A DNA stretch of 64,000 nt from an uncultured Bacilli bacterium (GTDB taxonomy: Bacteria > Bacillota_I > Bacilli_A > RF39 > UBA660). The notes under the pieces were generated by a model. That model made no database searches and was not told the DNA's origin. It saw nothing but the letters and a program-made list of their open reading frames with translations. Below, piece by piece: positions 9,390-16,915 of the stretch. Each line of letters begins with the position of its first letter. Position 1 is the first letter of the stretch. Location: contig CANRCX010000002.1 of NCBI GenBank assembly GCA_947629235.1, positions 20,824 through 84,823 on the forward strand. The letters are read 5' to 3'. The position numbers and the translations under genes were made by a program.

Positions 9390-10469
9390 ATGGAACCATA
9401 TAAAGCAAAAAAATTACCAATTAATTATGAATTAACACCTGAATTATTAAAACTTTTATGCGAAACAGAAGAAATATATGGTGAATATAAGGGTTTTCTA
9501 AGAAGTATGTCATATGATTATAAATCATTCTTAGAATGTGCTTTTATTAATGATACATATTATTCATTTAAATTGGATGGAAGTAAATTTGATAAAGAAT
9601 ATATGTTTCATATGCCATATATGAATGAAAGTAATGATGTAACACAAGTAAATAATTTAAAAAGGGCATTCTTATTAGGAATATCAGGTGCCGCTAATGG
9701 AAATATAGATATAGAACTTCTAAATAAAATTAATAAAATATTATTTCAAAATTGTAAAAAAGATAATAAAACTAAAGGTAGTGGAAAATTTAGAAAAATT
9801 CAAAATTATTTATTAAAACCTGGTATTGCTGGATCTAGTGTTTCATTTATTCCACCAGTATATACAGAAATAAATGACTTAATGAAAAATTTAGTTGAAT
9901 ATATAAATAATAATACTGATCCAAATTTTATATCAACAATAATTACACATTTTCAATATGAAAAAATACATCCATATGTATCAGGTAATGGTAAAATAGG
10001 TAGATTACTTATACCAATTCAATATTCATTATATAAAAAAGAACCACCAATTTTATTTATTTCTCAAAGTTTAGACAATCTTAAAAACACATATTTTACA
10101 CTTCTTAGTGGAGAAGTAGAAGAAGATATAAATAAATTTATAAAAACAATATTAGAATGTATTATCGAACAATGTACAATAAATATTAAAAAAATTAAAA
10201 AATTAAATAAAATATATGAACATGATTATGAAGAATTTAAAAGTACTATTGGTGGGTCTACAATATATAAAGTATATCCAGTAATAGTTAAAAGAATAGT
10301 ATTTACTACTAATGATTTAGTAAGTGAATGTAAATTACATATAAATTCAGTTAATAAAGTGTTAAATAAATTAGTAGAAAGTGGATATTTAATTAAAGAA
10401 AAAAAGAAAGGTACAAAACGTGTAACTTTCTGCTATAAAAATATGTATGATGTATTTATTAATAATTAA
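9390..10469 (+). CDS. Fic/DOC family protein with an atypical active-site motif and a C-terminal winged-helix-like tail
   Basis: HPYVSGNGKIGRLL aligns to the Fic motif HxFx(D/E)GNGRxxR, with Ser in place of D/E and Lys in place of Arg. SFKLDG lies where the (S/T)xxxE(G/N) inhibitory motif sits. Confidence 0.72.
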   Translation: MEPYKAKKLPINYELTPELLKLLCETEEIYGEYKGFLRSMSYDYKSFLECAFINDTYYSFKLDGSKFDKEYMFHMPYMNESNDVTQVNNLKRAFLLGISGAANGNIDIELLNKINKILFQNCKKDNKTKGSGKFRKIQNYLLKPGIAGSSVSFIPPVYTEINDLMKNLVEYINNNTDPNFISTIITHFQYEKIHPYVSGNGKIGRLLIPIQYSLYKKEPPILFISQSLDNLKNTYFTLLSGEVEEDINKFIKTILECIIEQCTINIKKIKKLNKIYEHDYEEFKSTIGGSTIYKVYPVIVKRIVFTTNDLVSECKLHINSVNKVLNKLVESGYLIKEKKKGTKRVTFCYKNMYDVFINN

Positions 10470-10980
10470 TATCTTCAAGATAAGATATTATTGGTATAAA
10501 ATAATTAATATTATTAGGAGTTATATTTTCAAAATAAATATAGACTCCTTTTTTCTTTTTATTTATATTTTCAATTAAACTTTCAAAGTTTCTTTTATTT
10601 ATATTCATATAATGTGATAAAAAATCAATATTCTTATTATATTTATACATTAACAGTTCTTTATAATTATTATCTAAATCATTAATATTGTTATCAAAAA
10701 GAAATGAATTAAATTCACTATTAATTGTTAATACTATTATATATGTAAGCTCATTTGAACTAATTTTTAAATACTTTTTTAAGTAAGTGATATAATTATC
10801 TATTTTATATAGAAACATCTCTAATTTAGTTATTTTATTGCTTTTAAATATATTAATATTAGTTTCTATTAAATAATTATCAATATTTTCTATTAATTTA
10901 CTAATATTTTCATTCTTTAAAACACTTAATAATCTTTTTTTATTTTTAATATAGGTTTTATTTAACATTTCATCAATCAT
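10459..10980 (-). CDS. Hypothetical protein co-transcribed with an XRE regulator
   Basis: Its start overlaps the XRE stop (TGA at 10973-10975). A GGAGGA RBS lies 6 nt before ATG 10980. Its 3' end overlaps the convergent Fic gene by 11 nt. No family recognised. Confidence 0.5.
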   Translation of the reverse strand: MIDEMLNKTYIKNKKRLLSVLKNENISKLIENIDNYLIETNINIFKSNKITKLEMFLYKIDNYITYLKKYLKISSNELTYIIVLTINSEFNSFLFDNNINDLDNNYKELLMYKYNKNIDFLSHYMNINKRNFESLIENINKKKKGVYIYFENITPNNINYFIPIISYLEDINY

Positions 10981-11218
10981 CATTATCCTCCAAAAACTTA
11001 TCAATTGGAACTTTAAGTATTATAGATATTTTATATAAATTAATAATTCCAATTCCTTTAATAGTTTTTTCACTTTCTAAACTACTAATTAATGAAACAG
11101 AGACATCAGCTTCTTCAGCAAGTTTTTCTTGAGTCATCTTTCCTATATTTATATTATAAAATTTTCTATATTTTTTTATGTTTTTTCCTATTATTTTATA
11201 CAATTCTTGCTGATTCAT
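10973..11218 (-). CDS. XRE-family HTH regulator (paralog A)
   Basis: IGKNIKKYRK..MTQEKLAEEADVSVSLISSLES is an HTH_3-type motif. It is a close paralog of 11579-11839. Confidence 0.8.
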   Translation of the reverse strand: MNQQELYKIIGKNIKKYRKFYNINIGKMTQEKLAEEADVSVSLISSLESEKTIKGIGIINLYKISIILKVPIDKFLEDNDD

Positions 11219-11320
11219 AAGAATTCACCTACCTAATTATAAAATATTTATCTAATAATGTATAGTATCACATTACATTAATATTTTATGAAAATGTGTA
11301 CAATTAAATTGGGTGAAAAT

Positions 11321-11578
11321 ATGACAAGATTTAAAAGAGACTTTAATTTTGATAGTGATTTTATTAAAACAGTTGCATACAATGTTATTAAATATAGAAA
11401 ATTAAATAAAATTACTCAAGAGCAATTAGCCCTAGATATAGGAGTATCACCTGAGTTTATTAGAAAATTTGAAAGTACAAAAGGAAGTGAAGGTTTATCT
11501 TTAGCTTCTTTATATAAAATATCAATAGTTTTAGATACTAGCATGGACAAGTTCTTTGAATCAATTGAAGAAGAATAA
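11321..11578 (+). CDS. XRE-family HTH regulator (paralog B), divergent from paralog A
   Basis: VIKYRKLNKITQEQLALDIGVSPEFIRKFES fits an XRE HTH. A GGGTGA RBS precedes ATG 11321; ATG 11288 is an alternative start. Confidence 0.75.
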   Translation: MTRFKRDFNFDSDFIKTVAYNVIKYRKLNKITQEQLALDIGVSPEFIRKFESTKGSEGLSLASLYKISIVLDTSMDKFFESIEEE

Positions 11579-11839
11579 TTATCTATCTATAAAAAATTTT
11601 TCTATTGGTACTTCCAATATATTACTTATTTTATACAAATTATAAATACTTATCCCTTGATAAGTTTTTTTACTTTCTAAATTACCAATTAGAGAAGTTG
11701 AAACATTAGCAATTTCAGCTAGATTTTCTTGTGTTAATTCTTTTTTATTAAGACTATATAATTTTCTATAATATCTAATATTTTTTCCAATAATGGCATA
11801 TAAATCTTTTTCATTTTTAAATATGTATTCTTTTTCCAT
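11579..11839 (-). CDS. XRE-family HTH regulator (paralog C)
   Basis: IGKNIRYYRKLYSLNKKELTQENLAEIANVSTSLIGNLES fits an XRE HTH. Its stop abuts the stop of paralog B (TAATTA at 11576-11581). Confidence 0.8.
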   Translation of the reverse strand: MEKEYIFKNEKDLYAIIGKNIRYYRKLYSLNKKELTQENLAEIANVSTSLIGNLESKKTYQGISIYNLYKISNILEVPIEKFFIDR

Positions 11840-12006
11840 TGTGTTCTCCTACTATAATATTTTGCCATTATTTAAAAATTTTAACCATTTACTGTGAGTG
11901 AGAAATTATTTTTAAGAGAAACAATTTATGTAAATATTTAAATTTTTCTTGAAAATAATATAAAAATGTTGTATTATTATTACCGCGTACCAAAGGGGAT
12001 GAAATT

Positions 12007-13809
12007 ATGGATAAAATAATTAATTTTGCAGTAGTAGCACATGTTGATGCTGGAAAAAGTACACTAGTTGATGCTTTATTAAAACAAAATGGTGTATTTA
12101 GAGAAAATGAACAAGTTGTAGATTGTGTTATGGATAGTGGAGATTTAGAAAGAGAAAGAGGAATAACTATCACTGCTAAAAACTGTGCTATTAGATACAA
12201 AGGTTACAAAATGAATATAGTAGATACTCCAGGACATGCTGATTTTTCAAGTGAAATTGAAAGAATTATTAAAACAGTTGATACTGTAGTATTATTAGTA
12301 GATTCAGCAGAAGGTCCAATGCCTCAAACAAGATTTGTATTAAAAGAAGCATTACAAAATGGACTTAAACCTATATTATTTATTAATAAAATAGATAAAA
12401 AAGATGCAAGAAGTGAAGAAGTTGTTAATATGACTTTTGATTTATTCTGTGAACTTAATGCTACAAATGAACAATTAGATTTTAAGATTATATATGGAAT
12501 TGCAAAAGAAGGTATAGCAAAGTATGAAGAAAATGATGATAATAATGATATAACACCACTTCTTGATACAATTATTGAAACAACTAAGCCATTTGAAGGA
12601 AATGAAAATGATCCATTACAATTTCAAATTTCATCATTAGACTATGATGATTACATTGGTCGTCTTGGAATTGGTAGAATTAATAAAGGTAAAATTACTA
12701 CAGGACAAAGCGTAACAATTTCTAAAAATGATGGTACTGTTGTAAAAGAGAAAATAACTAAAATATTTGTAAATGAAGGTATTAAGAAAAAAGAAGTAAA
12801 TACTGCATATTATGGAGATATCGTAACTATTGCAGGTTGTCCTGATATTTCAATTGGTGATACAATTTGTGATAATGATCATATTGATCCACTACCAAGT
12901 ATTGAAATAGAAAAACCAACTCTATCAATGAACTTCTTAGTAAATACTAGTCCTTTTGCAGGTAAAGTTGGAAAATTTGTAACATCTAGACATTTAAGAG
13001 ATAGATTAATGGCAGAACTTGAAAGAAATGTAGGACTTGAAGTAGAAGAATTACCTAATGGAGATGGATTTAAAGTTTCTGGTCGTGGTGAACTTCACTT
13101 ATCAATATTGATTGAAAATATGAGAAGAGAAGGATATGAACTTGGTGTATCAAAACCAGAAGTTATATTTAAAGAAATAGATGGTCAAAAACAAGAACCA
13201 TTTGAAAAAGTTGTTATTAACGTACCTAATGAATATTCTGGAACAATTATTAGTGATTTAAGTGAAAGAAAAGGTACTATGGAATTAATGGAACCAGCTG
13301 AAGAAAATTATGTAAGATTAGAATTTTCTGTTCCAACAAGAGGTTTAATTGGATATAGAAGTAATTTCATTACAAATACTAAAGGTGAAGGTATTATGGT
13401 TAGAAGCTTTGAATCTTATAAACCATATGCAGGTGAAATAGCTTCTAGAAAAAATGGAGTACTAGTATCTATGGAAAGTGGAAAAACATTTGGTTATGCA
13501 CTTTATAACTTATTAGATAGAGGTACTATGATAGTAGAACCATCAGTAGATGTATATTCTGGTCAAATAGTTGGTATTAATAATAGAGAAAATGATTTAA
13601 ATGTAAATCCATGCAAAAATAAAGAATTTTCAAATACACGTTCAACAAGTAGTGATGAAGCAATAGCTCTTCCAAGACCAAAAACATTTACTTTAGAAGA
13701 AGCACTTGAATTTATTGAAAGTGATGAACTTGTAGAAGTAACACCTGATGCTATTAGATTAAGAAAGAAAATTCTTGATGAAAAAGAAAGATTTAGAAGT
13801 CATAGATAA
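12007..13809 (+). CDS. typA: Translational GTPase TypA/BipA
   Basis: G1 AHVDAGKSTL, G3 DTPGHADF and G4 NKID are present, in an EF-G-like domain layout of 600 aa. Confidence 0.93.
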   Translation: MDKIINFAVVAHVDAGKSTLVDALLKQNGVFRENEQVVDCVMDSGDLERERGITITAKNCAIRYKGYKMNIVDTPGHADFSSEIERIIKTVDTVVLLVDSAEGPMPQTRFVLKEALQNGLKPILFINKIDKKDARSEEVVNMTFDLFCELNATNEQLDFKIIYGIAKEGIAKYEENDDNNDITPLLDTIIETTKPFEGNENDPLQFQISSLDYDDYIGRLGIGRINKGKITTGQSVTISKNDGTVVKEKITKIFVNEGIKKKEVNTAYYGDIVTIAGCPDISIGDTICDNDHIDPLPSIEIEKPTLSMNFLVNTSPFAGKVGKFVTSRHLRDRLMAELERNVGLEVEELPNGDGFKVSGRGELHLSILIENMRREGYELGVSKPEVIFKEIDGQKQEPFEKVVINVPNEYSGTIISDLSERKGTMELMEPAEENYVRLEFSVPTRGLIGYRSNFITNTKGEGIMVRSFESYKPYAGEIASRKNGVLVSMESGKTFGYALYNLLDRGTMIVEPSVDVYSGQIVGINNRENDLNVNPCKNKEFSNTRSTSSDEAIALPRPKTFTLEEALEFIESDELVEVTPDAIRLRKKILDEKERFRSHR

Positions 13810-13813
13810 TAAA

Positions 13814-13842
13814 AATAGGATAAATAAATTATCCTATTTTTT
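13814..13842. terminator. Bidirectional terminator between typA and the convergent membrane-protein gene
   Basis: A perfect 10-bp stem AATAGGATAA / TTATCCTATT with a 5-nt loop is flanked by an A run on one side and a T run on the other. Confidence 0.75.
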
Positions 13843-14358
13843 AAGTTTAAATTTATAAATTATTTTAGCTACTGTAAATATAATATCATCACTATTCTTT
13901 ATAGCAATTTTTTTACCAATAGCTTTTCCACCAACAGTGAGAGATGATACTATTGAACTTATTATTAATGTTGTTAAAATAGTTGAAATATTTAATGAAT
14001 TTGAAATATATATTCCAATAATAGCACTAATAGAACCACTAACTATACCACATATATCTCCAATAACATCATTACATACACTAGCAATTCTACTTGAATT
14101 TTTTATTAAATAAACTCCTTCTTTAGAGCCTTTTATCTTTTTAGAACTCATAGAGTGAAATGTAGATTCATTAGCAGTTAGTACAGCAGTACCAATTATA
14201 TCAAATATAATACCTATAAAAATAAATATAATTGCAACTAATAATAAAATAAAAATATTTTCGCATTTATTTGTAATGACATTTGATATACTATTAAAAA
14301 TTATAGCTATAAAAAAAGTCATTAAAAATGCTTTAATGATCCAATTATCTTTTTTCAT
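13834..14358 (-). CDS. Small polytopic membrane protein, possibly a stand-alone CNNM/DUF21-like transmembrane domain
   Basis: It has four hydrophobic segments. TANESTFHSMSSKKIKGSKEG..LIKNSSRIASVCNDVIGD loosely resembles the DUF21 pattern (sE.A..S.s...l..l...g). An AAGGGAG RBS is present. Confidence 0.35.
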   Translation of the reverse strand: MKKDNWIIKAFLMTFFIAIIFNSISNVITNKCENIFILLLVAIIFIFIGIIFDIIGTAVLTANESTFHSMSSKKIKGSKEGVYLIKNSSRIASVCNDVIGDICGIVSGSISAIIGIYISNSLNISTILTTLIISSIVSSLTVGGKAIGKKIAIKNSDDIIFTVAKIIYKFKLKK

Positions 14359-14399
14359 TTTTAATAAACTCCCTTTAAAAAATTTGTATGGATTATTAT

Positions 14400-14848
14400 A
14401 AATTAATTTTACGGCTTTGGTCGAGTTGAATTTCTCTAATATCTACCCTTAGTTACCTGTAGGCAATTTCTTTTTAAAGATATTAATCATAAGTTACCTT
14501 GTATGATCACTCGATCACCACTTAGTCCGCACTTCAATCTTTATAATAAAGACACACTAGAGGTTTTCCCAAACAAACATATGACACTTTTATTCGCTTT
14601 TGCAATTTATTTTTCAAAAAGTAATTATCCCAACAAATCACTCACGACATGTGCATATCATCACTTCACGGATTGAAAAAAGGATTACATATACATGCCA
14701 TTGCATATTTTCCTTAAATCTAAAATTATATATTCACCCCAATCTGGGCGAAAGAAGCAAAATATATAAAGTTCCTTCTTGCACAATTAATGGATTTTTA
14801 GCCCCATCTTCTAGTGGTATGGTTGACTAGCATAATGCTCCATACGAA
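14400..14848 (-). ncRNA. Candidate structured non-coding RNA, or a long structured 5' leader of 13834-14358 (class unassigned)
   Basis: It lies downstream of a perfect promoter, has no credible ORF, and is visibly more G+C-rich than the neighbouring spacers. There are several hairpins: 14817-14845, 14682-14715 followed by U6, 14487-14506 and 14443-14462. The last two present the same loop 8-mer, AGGUAACU. Confidence 0.4.
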
Positions 14849-14852
14849 TAAC

Positions 14853-14881
14853 ATTATATCATAAAACTCTTAAAATGTCAA
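14853..14881 (-). promoter_or_regulatory. Perfect sigma-A promoter on the minus strand (TTGACA, 17-nt spacer, TGaTATAAT)
   Basis: The reverse complement of 14876-14881 is TTGACA and that of 14853-14858 is TATAAT. The spacer is exactly 17 nt, with an extended -10 TG. Confidence 0.65.
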
Positions 14882-15052
14882 AAATCACACTATAGAGTAT
14901 AATTAATAATATTAATTTAAATTTAAAAAAATTACTAAATTATATACATTATTTAATAAAAATATAGTAAAAAAATAAAAATAATAAAATATTATATATT
15001 TAAAAATATTAAAAATCATAGTTTTTATTTATATTTTTTTCTAAAAAAAATA

Positions 15053-15081
15053 TTGTTAAATGGAACTTTGTGTGCTATAAT
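15053..15081 (+). promoter_or_regulatory. rpsF operon promoter (TTGTTA, 17-nt spacer, TGcTATAAT) followed by a short hairpin leader
   Basis: TTGTTA is at 15053-15058 and TATAAT at 15076-15081. The leader contains ACTTTCGaaCGAAAAGT before the AAGGAGG RBS, consistent with the S6:S18-binding rpsF leader described in Firmicutes. Confidence 0.5.
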
Positions 15082-15144
15082 ACTTTCGAACGAAAAGTTC
15101 CTTGCTTCATTTAGAAGCCGTTTAGACCAAAAGGAGGTGTAATA

Positions 15145-15432
15145 ATGAACAAATATGAGATAATGTTTATTGTTAAGACTGATATTGATGAAAAAGCACA
15201 AAAAGATACAGTATCTGCTTTTGAAAAAGTACTTACTGATATGAAAGCTAAAGTAGTTAATACTAAGGATATGGGACAAAAAAAATTAGCATATCCAATT
15301 AACAAACAACTAAGAGGTAATTATTATGTATTTAATGTAGAAGCATCAGCTGCTGCAGTAAAAGAATTTGATCGTAAAGCAAAAATCGATGAAAATATCT
15401 TAAGACATATTATCATAAGAGAAGAGGAGTAG
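15145..15432 (+). CDS. rpsF: 30S ribosomal protein S6
   Basis: MNKYEIMFIV.. start and the conserved rpsF-ssb-rpsR gene order. Confidence 0.93.
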   Translation: MNKYEIMFIVKTDIDEKAQKDTVSAFEKVLTDMKAKVVNTKDMGQKKLAYPINKQLRGNYYVFNVEASAAAVKEFDRKAKIDENILRHIIIREEE

Positions 15433-15435
15433 TTT

Positions 15436-15912
15436 ATGAATAAAATTATTTTAGTTGGTAGACTTACTAAAGATCCAGAATTAAGAACTACAAGTGCTGG
15501 CTTTAATACTGCAAATTTTACTGTAGCTGTAAATAGAAATTTTAAAAACAAAGATGGAAATTATGATGCAGACTTTTTACCATGTGTAGCATTTAGACAA
15601 ACAGCAGACTTTATATCTAAATATTTTAAAAAAGGAAATATGATTTGTTTAGATGGAAGAGTTCAAGTTAGAAATTATGATGCTCAAGATGGAACAAAAA
15701 GATATGTAACAGAAGTTATTGTAGAAAATGTAGAATTTGTTGGTGGAAAAAATGATTCAATGAATAGTGCAAATACAACTGATAATAGTTATGTAGATGC
15801 ACCAAGTGAACCACCAATCGATGTAATGCCAGAATTTGATATTCCAAGTTCAGATCCTTATGAGAATTACGATAAAGAAGTATCATTGAGTGACAATGAT
15901 TTACCATTTTAA
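15436..15912 (+). CDS. ssb: Single-stranded DNA-binding protein
   Basis: The OB-fold N-terminus [17 protein letters not shown] and the acidic C-terminal tip DNDLPF fit SSB. Confidence 0.93.
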   Translation: MNKIILVGRLTKDPELRTTSAGFNTANFTVAVNRNFKNKDGNYDADFLPCVAFRQTADFISKYFKKGNMICLDGRVQVRNYDAQDGTKRYVTEVIVENVEFVGGKNDSMNSANTTDNSYVDAPSEPPIDVMPEFDIPSSDPYENYDKEVSLSDNDLPF

Positions 15913-15926
15913 TTAAGGAGGAAATA

Positions 15927-16139
15927 ATGGCTGAATTTTATAGAAGAAAAAAAGTATGTCAAATGTGTGCTGGAAAACCAGTAGATTATAAAGATGTTGC
16001 AATTGTATCTAAATATATTAATGAAAAAGGTAAAATTTTACCTAGAAGAATGACAGGTGCATGTGCTAAACATCAAAGACATATTGCAAATCAAATAAAA
16101 AGAGCAAGATATATGGCTTTATTACCATATACAAAATAA
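15927..16139 (+). CDS. rpsR: 30S ribosomal protein S18
   Basis: [31 protein letters not shown] fits S18. Confidence 0.92.
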   Translation: MAEFYRRKKVCQMCAGKPVDYKDVAIVSKYINEKGKILPRRMTGACAKHQRHIANQIKRARYMALLPYTK

Positions 16140-16164
16140 ATATCTTAAACAATTAGCAAATAAA

Positions 16165-16195
16165 AATAATAGTTATAAAAACTATTATTTTTTTA
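16165..16195 (+). terminator. Terminator after rpsR
   Basis: The 10-bp stem AATAATAGTT / AACTATTATT with loop ATAAA is followed by a T run. Confidence 0.7.
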
Positions 16196-16202
16196 TGAAA
16201 AA

Positions 16203-16865
16203 TTAATCACGATTTCTAATTGCTATTAATCTAAGTATTTGAAGTGCCATTGCAAGGAATCCTGCAACATAAGTAAATGCAGCAGCTTTTAATACTTTAT
16301 TAGTACCTTTAGTATCATTTTTACTCATTAATCCACATTTTATTAACTCTTCTTTAGCTCTTTTAGAAGCATCAAATTCAACAGGTAATGTAATTAATTG
16401 AAATAATAAACCTACCATTAATAATAGTATACCTATATCAATCAAATTAATATAACTAGAAACAATACCTAAAATAATAAATATTGATGAAAATCTTGAT
16501 GTGAAATTAACTACTGGAACCATAGCTGTTCTAAATCTCAAAAATCCATAATTCTCTTTATCTTGAATAGCGTGTCCACATTCATGAGCAGCTACAGCTA
16601 CTGAAGCAATTGAACTTTCAGAATATATTTTATCAGATAAATTAATATGTTTAATAGCTGGATTATAATGATCTGTTAATTCTCCTTGTACTTCACCAAT
16701 ACTAATATTATTAAGTCCATTCTTATCTAAAATCATTCTAGCAACATCTTTACCAGTTAAATTCATACTATTATTTATTTTAGAATATTTTTTATAAGCT
16801 GAATTAACTCTAGCTTGAGCAATTAAAGGTATTATTAAAAAAAATAAAAAATACAATTCATCCAT
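16203..16865 (-). CDS. Membrane zinc metallopeptidase, YugP-like (Zn_peptidase_2 family)
   Basis: It carries the HExxH motif HECGHAIQD and C-terminal TM segments. ATG 16865 lies 5 nt after AGGTGA; GTG 16874 lies inside the RBS. Confidence 0.75.
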   Translation of the reverse strand: MDELYFLFFLIIPLIAQARVNSAYKKYSKINNSMNLTGKDVARMILDKNGLNNISIGEVQGELTDHYNPAIKHINLSDKIYSESSIASVAVAAHECGHAIQDKENYGFLRFRTAMVPVVNFTSRFSSIFIILGIVSSYINLIDIGILLLMVGLLFQLITLPVEFDASKRAKEELIKCGLMSKNDTKGTNKVLKAAAFTYVAGFLAMALQILRLIAIRNRD

Positions 16866-16915
16866 TTTCTTCACCTAATATTATTCTACCATTATTTTAT
16901 AAAATAATAAAGGTC

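Noticed and set aside
14600-14830. A 76-aa plus-strand ORF in the track, inside the long intergenic region.
   Set aside because: It has no RBS and an odd composition (His/Cys/Ile-rich, not protein-like). It lies antisense to a promoter-driven structured region and is probably a chance ORF in the locally GC-richer sequence.
14400-14848. I tried to identify the GC-enriched ORF-free region as RNase P RNA, tmRNA, SRP RNA, 6S RNA, a T-box, an M-box or a c-di-AMP (ydaO) riboswitch.
   Set aside because: None of the hallmark strings is present: GAGGAAAGUCC / GGUAAAC.. / ACAGAA..GGCUUA for RNase P, the GGGG..UUCGAC 5' end and UCCACCA 3' end for tmRNA, the T-box AGGGUGGUACCGCG, or the M-box GUUAGGUGAGGCU. 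Only short partial resemblances exist: UUGGGGUGAAU to ydaO, and CCUACAGGUAACUAAGGGUAGAU loosely to the M-box 3' region. The class is left unassigned.
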